The translations under genes and the position numbers were made by a program. A DNA stretch of 64,000 nt from positions 223,572,001 through 223,636,000 of the forward strand of contig OX597814.1 of NCBI GenBank assembly GCA_951406725.2. The letters run 5' to 3'. Source of the DNA: Octopus vulgaris (lineage: Eukaryota). The notes beneath the pieces were generated by a model that saw only the letters and a list, made by a program, of their open reading frames with translations, had not been told where the DNA came from and ran no database searches. This document shows, in pieces, positions 27,507-40,555 of the stretch (the first letter of the stretch is position 1; the number at the start of each line of letters is the position of its first letter).

Positions 27507-28897
27507 ATGATGATGATGATAATGATGGTGATGATGATCAATATCTTGATATTTTAAATTGTTAAATTTATTTTTATTTCCTTGTTCTTTCCATTCTTTA
27601 CCAGTTTTGTAACTCTCATCTAATTAATTTTTTACCTTGTTTCTTTTAATTAGCTACCAAAGTATATGATTTCACATTTTCTACCTTTTTTATATTCCTC
27701 ATATATATATATGTGTGTGTATGTATCTATGTATATAGTATATGTATTTATGCATGCATGCATGTACGTATGTATGTATGTATGTATGTACGTATGTATG
27801 TGTTTATACATATAATTTTCACTTACATGTAACTAGTTTATTTAAGAATCTACAAAAAAAGAATACTATTTGAAATACTTAAATAGAATAGTTTATTTTG
27901 GAATGTAAATGTGTATTTCTATTGATTCCTGTTTCTAATTAATCATTCTTCCTAACTTACACATCGGTAACAAAATCATACAACAATTATAATATAAAAC
28001 CGGTTAACGAAGAAGAAATTATGGAGCAACTTTAAAAAGCAACTTTAAAAATATGACAATACAAGAAAAAACCATCAAGACAAAATAATGAAAGACAAAT
28101 GCGATGGAATAATAAAAACGGAAGGAAGCAATAATGAATGGAATAGCGCAAAAATATTAAAGCATTGACAGCAACAATTATTATGAAACATTAAGAATAC
28201 ACAATGAAGTCTTAGGACAATTATTTTTCCTTGTTTTCGACGAAAGCGTAGGAGTTGAGGGTAAATGAAGCATTTAACAGGTTAAAATAACGATCTAATT
28301 TAAATGGCCTCAAGAAGAAACAACACAGCGTTAAATACCCCAATTCCATTAGTAAATGTAATATATGTGTATGCTTACAAGTACATATATACATTTCTAT
28401 ATTTCTATATGGTTATATATATATATGTATATATACATATATATATGCATATAAATATCGTTTGGTGGAATAGTATATGACAATGCCACACCAGTATTTC
28501 TAAAATAATTCTTTGTTGTCGGAATTGATTGCATGATTATAAATTACATAATTTGAAAACTGTTATTTTTCCGCAATAGATTTTTGTAATATTTCTGTTT
28601 GGCTCTTTTCTATACAACAATATTTTTTCTTTTATATGCATACGTAAGTATGAATATCGTATGTATGTATGTAACATACATACATACATATATATGAACA
28701 TATATATATACATACATACATATATATATATATATAATATATATTATCTGTATATGTATACATATATATATATATATATATACGTGATTGTATGGACATT
28801 CACGCATATATACGAACACATGTATATACATATTTTCATATATATATATATATATGCATATATATATACATACATATATATATGCATACACACACAC

Positions 28898-28940
<43 letters not shown>

Positions 28941-28943
<3 letters not shown>

Positions 28944-29290
28944 TAGACAGAATGAGACAACAAAGCCATGGCTGTGAGGAGTTTTCAGGACGTTTATAAG
29001 GAAATAATCTCACAGGTGTTTCTGGGATATTATGGATAGCCTTCAGCAGAGACGGTGGGAGGAGGTTAAATAGAGGAAATATTTGAGTTCGAATTATTAT
29101 GGAAAACGTGGCGATAGGGAATACAGAGGGAAATAAGAGAATGAAAGTAGAAATAAGATATATAAAATATATAAAGATACTGTAGTTGCAGTTCCATATA
29201 TTATCCCAGGAACAGCTGTAAGACCATTTCGTTATAAACGTCCTGAAAACACCTCACATCCTTGGTATTGTTATCTCATTTTGTCTAATA
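28941..29290. repeat. Inverted pair of PLE pseudo-LTR ends carrying hammerhead remnants
   Basis: Arms 28941-29035 and 29194-29290 (TTTTCAGGACGTTTATAA/TTATAAACGTCCTGAAAA). Confidence 0.75.
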
Positions 29291-29299
29291 TATATATAT

Positions 29300-30370
29300 A
29301 TGCATGCTAATACCAGACCCACATTAGACTTCTCACGTGTATCATTATCGAACCAAGAGTTTAACTACTTATTTTATTTATTTTTAATTTGTTTTTGTTT
29401 TTTTAAGAATACCTCGGCTTACCCTTATTTTCTGCCTTTTATCTCTTTTATACCCAGTATGTAACTTATGGTTTTCAGAATGTTAGATTTTTATTTTTAC
29501 GTCTATTTTTTTCATTTTACAAATTCTTTATTGAAATTTTATATAAATATTTCTATCTTTTATTTTTCTTAGTTTATTTTATTTGTTCTTTTGTATTACA
29601 TTATATTATTACATTTCGTATTTTGTATACCTACTTACCCTCGTATATACTGGTGTAACTTCTATATATTGTGAAGGGATTTGCAACTTCTTTCTATAGT
29701 TGATCATGGTATATTATAATACAATATGGTATTTATATTTATTTTTCTGTATTTACATTTTATAATTATGTTATGATATTTTTCTGTATACATATGTGGT
29801 ATCTTTATACCTTCTTATATCCTTTAAGATCTTTTCAGAATAGTGGAAATTTTTATATAATTTTATATTTCTTTCAATGTTCTTTTAAATAAGTTTATCT
29901 CTTATAGAATTACTTATCTTTTTTAGTACTTAATCTTTAGTTTTCAGACAATAGAAAGTATGTACTCCTTCTCAGATGAAATCTGAATTAGATAATGGGT
30001 TTATTGTTGAATAGTTTTATAATGACCACCTTAATAGTTTGCTAGGATGAAGCATTATGAGATTACTATTTTATATAAAAGTAACCCCCTTTTTAGGGCT
30101 TAGATTTTTTTATCTATCCTTCTCTTACTTGGTCCTTATACCTCTTTTAAATGTTATTATTTAATATATAAAATATAATAATATATTAATAATAATATAA
30201 AAATTTGGCTAAATTTAGATATACAGTTTTCCCACTGTAACCTTAATACCCACTTAGATTTCATTGTGACATCCTTTGTTTTGCTACTTTAGTTACCCCT
30301 GTCCCTCCTCTTTCTGGTTATCCCTCGTATACCATTATCTTGCTTGCATCTTCTGAGTTTTGATCTTTTA
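29300..30370 (-). pseudogene. Possible highly degenerate AT-rich Penelope-like RT/EN remnant
   Basis: Only scattered motif-like fragments (ENCIS..NLAKFLYY near 30200-30250) and adjacency to the pseudo-LTR pair. Confidence 0.3.
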
Positions 30371-30876
30371 TGTAGACATGGCGAATTTATAGTCTCAATA
30401 AAATAAGTGTAGCGAAGAGTATTTGACGGCGGGAAATACCATCACTGGGTGAGACAAGCTGACACTGTATTAGCTTCGCTGACTGACAGGTGACGGTCGT
30501 TTAGAGAATGCGTGGGCTAAGACTACGCGCCTTCATTGGTCCGTTAAAGTTGAGACAGTGTCACGTGACAACTTGCTGGGGCTGCCTGCTGGAGACTATG
30601 CGGCAGGTATTTAAAGGGAAAAAAATTGACAAGACAATTAGTCGCCGGCTGACACTCGTTGACGCCACACCCAAGAGGCCAGGGAAAGAAGACATGCTTC
30701 CAACACCAGAGCTGAAGACACCTCCGAAGGTGGGGGGGCACGTCAAAACGGTAGAGGAGTAGGGGCCGAAACCGGACGTGGTTCCTCCTGATGATGTCTT
30801 GAGCTAACTGGATCCTATAAAGGAGCTGTTGTGGTAGCAGACTACGAAACACGGTTGTAATTCCCCACCAGCTACA
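30371..30876 (+). mobile_element. GC-rich solo-LTR-like segment
   Basis: TGTAG...CTACA termini, ATTGG (CCAAT) about 70 bp upstream of TATTTAAA, sharp GC contrast with flanks; no TSD seen. Confidence 0.5.
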
Positions 30877-31406
30877 AGAACTTAACTGTCAATTCCTAAA
30901 GGCTTTTAATTTTAAGGGGATGTAGAATACTTGCTGGATTGGATCTTTTGATTGTGATAAGGATAAAGATGAATGTCGCTATATCACCGCTACACTTTCT
31001 TGATCACCATTGTTATTTTCTTCTGCCACTCTAAATTATAGTAGGCTTTAGGTATTTTCTCACTAAGTTCATTCTCCTACAAAAATAGCAGTAAGTATTG
31101 TAATTCTTTTTTCTGCAATTCTAATGAAAAAATTGCTAAAAGAAATATAATGGAGTATCCTGTATTCTGAAAACCTATATGGTCTTATGCAACCTAGGAG
31201 AGCAGTTTATTTCAAATTGATGTAATGCTTGCATTGATCAGTTAAATAGAGTCCCTTGAAACGCCCGTAATGCACTATTATCTGGAATCCTTGTTACTTA
31301 TTTGCTTTTTACTCTCATAACTTCGAGCTGTGCGGACAATACTGGACTGTCTTGTTCCCTCAAATTAAGCACCTAAGTCAAGTGAATCTTAATTATTTCT
31401 CATACA

Positions 31407-31476
<70 letters not shown>

Positions 31477-31479
<3 letters not shown>

Positions 31480-32006
31480 TGGCTTCCCCCTCGTTATCAA
31501 GTATGGCCATTGCACGAAGCTTAATCAATGTTGATTTTTTTAAAGTGAGGAAAGGCTGTGCACTGAGTCAATCCCACTCACTAAGCAACAGCAGCCATAA
31601 TAATCCGAAAAGAAGAACAAGTCAACATCATTGGTAACCACTGAGCTGCAGTTTTTATGTCGGAGTTATTCCAGTTACCTGAGTTACCTTCTCCTAGAAG
31701 GATGCCCTAACAAAGGCTAGGAGTCCTTCACTCCCAATGGTTTAACCGCGCGATCGGGTATTCAGTCCGATTATTTCTATGTCCCCGCGCATGATACTGC
31801 CTTAAGACATTTATTGGATCGCTGTTGACTCTCAAAAGTTCCTCTGCCCTTTGACGGGTTTTGTTTTTCATCTCGCAGGGTGTCCAATAAACACCCTCAA
31901 CACCAAGCAAGCTTGGTGAGGTAGCCGGTTTAGTCGCCGACGGCCCGACCATGCAACAGGTTGTACTGGGCTACGTGTTACCAGTAGCATTCGAAAGTGA
32001 CCTGAC

Positions 32007-32007
<1 letters not shown>
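31477..32007 (-). mobile_element. Non-coding RTE-like (5'UTR plus 3' tail) non-autonomous element, copy 1
   Basis: Highly similar to 48426-49076; tandem hairpins and RTE-like termini; family assignment from recalled similarity only. Confidence 0.65.
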
Positions 32008-32072
<65 letters not shown>

Positions 32073-32090
32073 CATGCATATACACATATA

Positions 32091-32256
32091 CTAGCAGAGG
32101 CACCAGGCGTTGCCCGGAATGAAACTTTTCCTTACATATTGGAAGAAAAAGCAAAATCTGTTGTATAGAAATTTATTACTCTAAATTCAATTTATTCTTA
32201 AAGTGGGATGCAAGTCATTCTTTAATTAGGAAATCAATTTTGAATTCATAATACAA

Positions 32257-32325
<69 letters not shown>

Positions 32326-33265
32326 CGAAAATACAAAACTTTCCTCTTTTGTGAAAGGAGATAAATTCTACCACATATGTTGATGGAAATTATGTAAGTG
32401 CTTCTGGGTAAACAACATTTTTTTTCTGATTTGGGGCATAGACAAATAAATCTTGTAAACTACCTACCCTGGAGCAACCAACAAAGTTGACCATGAGAAA
32501 AGCTAGCCAGTAGATTTCAAAGACTGACCTTGAGCTTTATCAATTGACATTGCAAAGGAAAGTCGCACTGAGAAATGCCTCAAAGGGCATGTCTGTTGGT
32601 TTGACTGGAATTTTTGAAACGAAAACCTCTTTTCCAGTGGTACATCCAGTGATGACGATAGCTTTTGTCACATTAGGTGATAATGCCTTCACAATCAACC
32701 TTGTCCCATCGCATAATTTAGTAGGATATAAATTTTTTAGAAGCACTATTGGGACTCCTACCTTCTGAAAAATTTACATGGAGGAATTCCAGGTGGTTCA
32801 AGAGAATTAAGGATCTCCGTTGGGTAATAGACAGCTTGATTTTCATCAAGGACTGAATCAACTGATTTGTACTTCTTAATGACTGTTGGAATCTTATTCA
32901 TTAATTCATGGTTAATTCTTGCTACTGTGCCATTTTTTGGAGTCAGAATTGCCATTTCACACAACTATTTATGTGAATTATAATTATTGCTTAAGTCTGG
33001 CAATACCCTGTACTTCAGTTCAGCTGAAGAATTCACCTTGTGCGCAATATGATCCAAACTGATACCACCATTCCCATCAAATGGTACTTTACCATTTCGT
33101 ATTTGGAGGAGGCAGGTTGAAAAGTATTTTTCACATTGGTCCCCGTGTAATGAAGCTGGCACGTTATTATTGAAGGAGAATTTCAGTACTTTATTCCATA
33201 GGTGTGGAGACTTAATGCATGCTTTTATTTCATCAGATCTTGGTCTCCGGGAAATCCACTCCACA
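32091..33265 (-). mobile_element. Helitron 3' fragment with PIF1-like helicase remnant and canonical 3' end
   Basis: DEIKACIKS, AILTPKN, YPTEILNSLEPPGIPP, MLLKNL..LCDGTRL, KAQGQS, FSHGQL..SRV; 3' hairpin CCGGGC-AAC-GCCTGG then CTAG|T at 32091. Confidence 0.92.
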
Positions 33266-33416
33266 TTCTCTCCCGACTTTCATTGAAGTGATAAGTGTCT
33301 GAAAGACCCTGAATGAAGGAAGAGCAGGTTCTAACAATTGCATGTCTATCTCTCTAACACCACACATCAAGAATGCCAAGGAGCTAATTACCCAATATAT
33401 TCTTTTGTTCTTTTAA

Positions 33417-33700
33417 TTGTTTCAGCCATTTGACTGCAGCCATGCAGAAGCGCAGCCTTGAAGGGTTTTAGTCGAACAAATCAATCCCAAGACTTATATT
33501 TTTATCGCCTAGTTACTATTCTATCAGGCTGTTTTGCCGAACCGCTAAGTTACGGGGACGTAAACACATTAACACCCGTTATCAGTCGGTGATGGAGGGT
33601 GGACAAACACAGTCTTCTTTCAGTTTCCGTAAACCAAATCCACTCACAGGGCTTTGTTCCCGCAGTGGAGCTTAACCGGGAAGCATGTGGTTGGGAAGAT
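33417..33700 (-). mobile_element. SINE family A, degenerate and internally deleted
   Basis: GCCGAACCGCTAAGTTACGGGGACGTAAACAC and CAGTTTCCGT..CCAAATCCACTCAC blocks. Confidence 0.8.
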
Positions 33701-34523
33701 ATAATTACTTTCTGAGAGACTAAATTTCTAGCTAGACAGAAATTGTTACACAGAGCTTGTATAGCATTATAACATTATACCCAAGCTGCATGCAAACGCC
33801 ACATATCATGACGCAGTGAAAGCCTTATACAAAGTTAATCATGCAAGATGTCGGAGGCTGTAGTAATTTGAAATTGATGATATACTAATAGAGTAGCTGC
33901 AGGATTTTGTCGAGCAGATTCTTTTTGTAAATATTCAATAAATCAGAGTAGAATACTTCAGGGAAATATCTTGCACTCATTGCTGTTTGTTATAGCTTTC
34001 CAAATCGTTTTTCTCAAATTGGACAAACAACCATTCTCACTTGTGATGATGCCGATATAAAAATAAAAAGTAAAAAACAAAAAAATGTTGCTTATTACCA
34101 AACCTCAATACTATACGCAAATGAGCACATAAAAATACCTTACAATTTAATACTGAACAGATTCAAGCATTTCGCTATCAACTCCCCAGTGTATCGTATC
34201 CAAGATACAGAGGAACAGTAAAAATTGTCGTTTTTTCATCACAGTCAAGTGCATGATATGTCAATTAAAATGAGTAATGATGCGTTATTTCATATGGATT
34301 TTACTAAAGTGGCAATTGTAAATTTAAGTAGCAAAATTATTTGCTAATTCCATTCCATTTATTTGTCATAGTAAAAACTCTATGGATAGTCGTAGATTCT
34401 AAGACATTTCTTGGTAGAACAAATGATCTCCAGTTTACAGTTGCATCTGATAGCCAATATCTGTGGATGAGTATAATAGGGTAAACAACCAGGGTTACTT
34501 ACCCAAATGTAATTATTATAATG

Positions 34524-34560
<37 letters not shown>

Positions 34561-34563
<3 letters not shown>

Positions 34564-34939
34564 AGGCGCAACGGCCTAGTGGTTACGGCATCGGACTCTC
34601 GGTCGTAGGGTCACAGTTTCGATTCCCAGACCGGGCGTTGTGAGTGTTTATTGAGTGAAAACACCTAACGCTCCACGAGGTTCCGACAGAGGGGGTGGCG
34701 AACCCTGCTGTACTTTTTCACCACAACTTTCACTTTGTCTTCCTGTTCCTGTTGTACATGTATTTGAAAGGGCCAGCCTTTTTATACTTCGTGTCACTCT
34801 GAACCTCCCCGAGAACTACGCTAAGGGTACACGTGTCGTCTGTGGAGTGCTCAGTCACTTTCACGTTAATTTCACGAGCAGGCTGTTCCATTGATCAAAT
34901 AAACTGGAACCCTCGTCGCCGTAACCAACGGAGTGCAAC

Positions 34940-34940
<1 letters not shown>
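34561..34940 (+). mobile_element. tRNA-derived SINE (OR-like head), family C1
   Basis: A-box-like GGCCTAGTGG, B-box GTTTCGATTCCC; first ~160 bp shared with 45488-45797, 3' body different. Confidence 0.85.
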
Positions 34941-35035
<95 letters not shown>

Positions 35036-35959
35036 ATGATACAATTTAAGAACAAACATTGAATTCATGTTAACGAACTTTATATATCCATGCTTCTACA
35101 CTTCATTACACACAAATAATACCATGGCTTTCAAATGTCAAAAGAAAAAAAAAAACAGATAAAAATCATATATAAAAGCAATAAAATACACAGGACCTGC
35201 CTAGAAAATGTATATAAAATCTCGTCTAAAATGTAAAGAGAAAATTATATAAAATAAAATTATCCCCAACAATGAAATATTTATATAAAATGTAAAAGTC
35301 AGTATAGTCGTATACACTTCCCACTAAAAGCACCATACTCATGTGGTGGAGAGACGAAACCATTATCTCAGTGTCTGATAATTTCCTTCAAGCTGGTTAA
35401 TTTTATATTTAAAATTGAGCTTCAACATTTATGGAAAAGCAAACTTTTACAGGACAATATATATTGTTATGTTTTTAATTTGGCTTTCTTATTCTGCCAA
35501 CAACAACAGAAATGTCTGACAGCAAAGAATAAAACAAAATGGATACTAATGATCAGTGGTTGTTCTCTGTCAGTCAACTGAACCATTTAATAGTAAATTA
35601 ACAGATCGTGTACTTCCACTGTCAAGCGAAGTCATACCTGAAAGGCGTATTCACCATTTACTATGCAGTAAAATCATTTAATGGCTTCGTTCGCTACTAT
35701 TTCTTTCCTTCTTCAGCTACATCTTCCAGTTATCTTCAGCACAACAACAACTATGCCTCCTATTCATAATTGTTTTATTGTACTTTTTGAAAGCAAAATT
35801 TTATCCTTTCACAAACTGTATTAATGTTATTTGATATTTTAATATGAATTGCGTGTCTTCACAACTATATTAACATATGAAATTAGCTATTAATGTAGGC
35901 GCGTATTAGATTCAGCTCTCTCTCTCTCTCTCACTCTCTCTCTATCTATCTATTTCTCT

Positions 35960-35990
<31 letters not shown>

Positions 35991-36778
35991 CATACATATA
36001 TGTATATATATATCATATATACATATAATAAACATACATATATAATATACATAATATGCATATATATATATATATATACTTATATATATATATATACTAT
36101 GTATTTATAGATAGTATATATAAATATACATATATATATTCATAGTATATATATATATACACATTTCTATATATGTGTGTATATGTATATAAATATACAT
36201 TATATATATATATATATATATATAGTATATATATATATACATATATATATGTACATATATACATATATATATATATATTATATTATATAATGTTATCTAT
36301 TATATTTTCTATATTTGTCGGGGTGTATAGCCTACTAATGCAATTAATCTTTATTTGCATATTTATATGCAAATGTCTTCGTGTATGTGCTAGGAGATAT
36401 GAAGTGAAATTTAGTAAGCAAATTGCTAAGGAATGAACACTTAATCTAGAAAGCAAGTTTGCACTTACTTCTTGCGTTTGTTTTTGCACTACAGCCAAAC
36501 AGATGCCAATTCGATTAAGGTTGAAAAGGATTTTGGTAAATATGTAAAGCAGAATCACCATAGGAACTCTTCTCAGATTTACAAAATAGGATGATGGGGA
36601 GCAGCATGTGTAGAGGAATCGCGTTACATAACGGAAACGTCTGGAATGCAAGCCGGAAGACGTAGTTGTGGTGTTCATTCCTTTCTCTAGAATATTGGTA
36701 AGATATCCTAATCTGTTCCAATCCGAACCACGGTATAAGTTACGTAATTATATAAGTTACGTATATATATTTTTTTTT

Positions 36779-37146
36779 TACTTGTTTCAGTCATTTGACT
36801 GTGGCCATGCTGGAGCACCGCCTTTAGTCGAGCAAATCGACCCCGGGATTTATTCTTTGTAAGCCCAGTACTTATTCTATCGGTCTCTTTTACCGAACCA
36901 CTAAGCATCGGTTGTCAAGCAATGCTAGGAGGACAAACACAGACACACAAACACACACATACATACATATATATACATATATACGACAGGCTTCTTTCGG
37001 TTTCCGTCTACCCAATCCACTCACAAGGCATTGGTCGACCCGGGGCTACATCAGAAGACACTTGCCCAAGATGCCACGCAGTGGGACTGAACCCGGAACC
37101 ATGTGGTTGGTTAGCAAGCTACTTACCACACAGCCACTCCTGCGCC
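36779..37146 (-). mobile_element. SINE family A
   Basis: Near-identical to 22138-22547 with a ~20 bp deletion. Confidence 0.9.
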
Positions 37147-37149
37147 TTT

Positions 37150-37311
37150 ATATACTTTATTTAAAAGAGGCAGAATATAACAAAAGCTCTTACTCAGAGT
37201 TTCATGTTTCTGTTCGTCGGACAGTTTTGTTAAAATAAGACAAAATAAATAAAGCATATTACTCTACTTCTGGTATTTTTCCACCTTGTTTCACATTTAT
37301 GTGCTTACTCC

Positions 37312-37315
<4 letters not shown>
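37150..37315 (-). mobile_element. PLE pseudo-LTR-like fragment with hammerhead variant at 37179-37231
   Basis: Minus strand AACAAAACUGU-CCGACGA-ACAGAAACAU-GAAAC-UCUGA-GUA-AGAGCUUUUGUU. Confidence 0.55.
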
Positions 37316-37353
<38 letters not shown>

Positions 37354-37355
37354 TG

Positions 37356-37396
<41 letters not shown>

Positions 37397-37540
37397 CTAT
37401 GTATATGTATATATGTGTGTGTATCTGTGTATATATATATATATATATACACATAGATATATATACAGATACACACACACACATATACATATACATATAC
37501 ATACACACACACACACACACACATATATACATATACATAT

Positions 37541-37582
<42 letters not shown>

Positions 37583-37615
37583 CAAACAATTAATGATACA
37601 TGCATGTAAGACAAT

Positions 37616-37666
37616 TTAGTAACACTGATATAACTGGATACAGATCACGAAACAGCTGTCCACTAA
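37616..37666 (+). ncRNA. Degenerate hammerhead-like motif
   Basis: UUAGU-aaca-CUGAUAU..CUG-GAUA-CAG..GAAAC-AGCU-GUC-CACUAA. Confidence 0.45.
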
Positions 37667-38395
37667 GGAAATAACCAACTCTCTCCTCTTATTTTGGTTG
37701 ATTATTATATATACATTCATGTGAGTGTGTGTGAGTGTTTGTGAGTCTATGTACGTGTGCATGTGCGTGTTTGTTGGTGTAAGCTTGTATTGTATTTAGT
37801 CAAGTAGCTCAACATTTGAAGTTTAAATCCTATCACGTTGGATTTTCATCCCTGAGCGGGGGGGGATGTTAATAAAATGTATGACTAAATTACTGGATCA
37901 TTGTAATCAAATAATGCTCACACCATCCACCCAATATAAGATATTGTGCCTATTATGTCAGAAACCAATATGTGTATGCATATTCTCTAATATTTCCGTA
38001 AATATAATTCATGTGATATTATACATAAACACAAGCACAAAAATCGAAACCCGAGGACAAATATGACTAATATTGATTTAAATATATATTTATGAATATA
38101 CAACGTTATTTACTAAACTTCATCGAAGGGAAACCACAAATAGTTGGGTCGATAAAATGTTTAGATATGAACTAGAAGGACGTTATTTCGTCGTTGAACT
38201 TGCATAGAAACTATAACTAACTTTGAAGGGGAAATATATATCAGATAATAACATTTTATATCCGTTAATATTTCAACTGGAACACAATGGCTCCGGGACA
38301 AAAGTTCAATGAATCACAACAAAGGGAGCGCAGTACATTTAAGTTAAACGAACATTTCATAACGCAGAATGGTTTTGGCGTTGTTTTCAAATCAA

Positions 38396-38453
<58 letters not shown>

Positions 38454-38463
38454 GTGTGTGTGC

Positions 38464-38510
<47 letters not shown>

Positions 38511-38755
38511 CGTGTGTGTGTGTGTCAACATAATGTATAGGAGATCGATCTTCTGGCAATGTGTGTATGTCAGGGTGACATTGTCTGTGTGAGAACGTTC
38601 GTATCTTAATGTGTGTATATATATATATATATATCAATATGAATGTCTTTTATATACAGTCTGTGTGTGTAGTGTGTATTCTATGTATGTATATGTGCGT
38701 ATGTGTGTGTATTTATGCATATATTTATGTATATGCATGTGTATATATGCATATA

Positions 38756-38802
<47 letters not shown>

Positions 38803-39217
38803 AGAGAGAGAGACAGGGAGAGAAAGAGAAAGGCCATGTCTGGCTTTCAGCGTCAGTGACGGATGTATTTGGGGGGTTTTTTTCTTGCTGTTGTCTGAGC
38901 TAATCACTTCCTCTTCGACTGTTAGACGCTAACTCGTTTGAATCGTCTTTTTGTCAAAAATTTTATTTCATTGTTAAGAATGCGCTCGGTTTTGTTTATA
39001 TCGTCTCCTTAGTAACATTGAAATTGACCTCATAGAAAGGGGTATGGTGGGTAGCAATTTGTCAAACTGCGCTATCAGATTGCTTAAAGAAATGAAAAAA
39101 ATTAATATTTACACTGAATATTATGCAGGTTTGACTCGGTTGAAATGTCGCGTTACACACGCAACTCTTACAGGTTATCTTGAAGTTTTATATGAAAGCT
39201 GGATGAATGCTGCATTA

Positions 39218-39405
39218 TTTATTTCTTTACTACCCACAAGGGGCTAAACACAGAGAGGACAAACAAGGAGAGACAAACGGATTAAGTCGATTATATCGAC
39301 CCCAGTGCGTAACTGGTACTTATTTAATCGACCCCGAAAGGATGAAAGGCAAAGTCGACCTCGGCGGAATTTGAACTCAGAACGTAACGGCAGACGAAAT
39401 ACGGC
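39218..39405 (-). mobile_element. SINE family B lacking its first ~45 nt
   Basis: Matches 20813-21000. Confidence 0.9.
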
Positions 39406-39661
39406 TACCGAGGGTTCTTACCAGCGGCAACAACGAAGGACTAATTTTACTATGACTGTAGATTTTAGTGGAGTGAGCTATGCCCGTTATGTATGTTATG
39501 CAATTTCAGTGGAGAGCCGATTTCGGGAGCTAACTTCAGCATCACTTTTGCTGATTTTAATTTTGCTAGCCTTCCTTTAGAAACGTGTATCATTGTGCAC
39601 ATAAGTATACGTGTATGCGTATTTATATATGTGTGTGTGTGTGTGTGTTTATGCGTATGTT

Positions 39662-39703
<42 letters not shown>

Positions 39704-39786
39704 TGTGTGTGCGTGCGTGCGTCCAATAACACTGTACTTATTCCACGTCTTCGCGTTTTTTTCTTGCCTGTTCATGTTTGGATTGA

Positions 39787-39863
<77 letters not shown>

Positions 39864-40388
39864 TGTGTATGTGTGTGTGTGTGTGTGTATGAATTGGTGT
39901 AAGTTGGTAAGTATACCTTTGCTAAACGTTCAATAAAACCAAAACACTAATACAATTTTTACCTGAAGAAACGAACAAATGTAACAATGGCTCCCTTTAA
40001 AATCCATGGATATTGCATATCATATTTGTAATGTCCTATGGATGAGGAATGCAGCCACAAGAAGCATGGGATTTGAGGAAACATACGTAGCAATTCATTG
40101 AGGTATTTATGAATTTCCATCCAAAAGTTCTCATTGTCACTATATTCATCGTACGCTACAGCGGCACCAGACTAATACCTATTCCATAGAATTACCCTGG
40201 AAGATGGGATAATAAACGGTAGCCGAAAAATATAGCATGGAAGCTCTTTATGAGCCACTCAAAAACGTTTCCCATAAACGAACGTAAAGGATGTATGTAT
40301 GTATATGTAAAGAGAGAGAGAGAGAGAGAGAGAAGACAGACAGGTAGAGACAGAGAGAGAGAGACAGAAAGACGCAGCTATGACTCTA

Positions 40389-40555
40389 GGCACAGATTGG
40401 TTGTATGATTAAGACGTTCGCTTCACAGCCGCATGGTTACGAGCTGTTCTGTCGCCCTGCGGTGCACCTTTGATGTCTTCTACGATTTTTCCGTGTCAAC
40501 TATTCCCTTGTGAGTAACTGTGATAAGCGAAACCTGTGTGGAAGCCTGCTGTATG
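40389..40555 (+). mobile_element. Old degenerate SINE family A 5' half
   Basis: GTGCACCTTTGATGTCTTCTAC..CCTTGTGAGT..GAAACCTGTGTGGAAGCCTG followed by TG-rich tract. Confidence 0.55.

Noticed and set aside
32390-33265. Host PIF1 helicase gene
   Set aside because: Frameshifted, intronless and followed by a canonical Helitron hairpin-CTAG end
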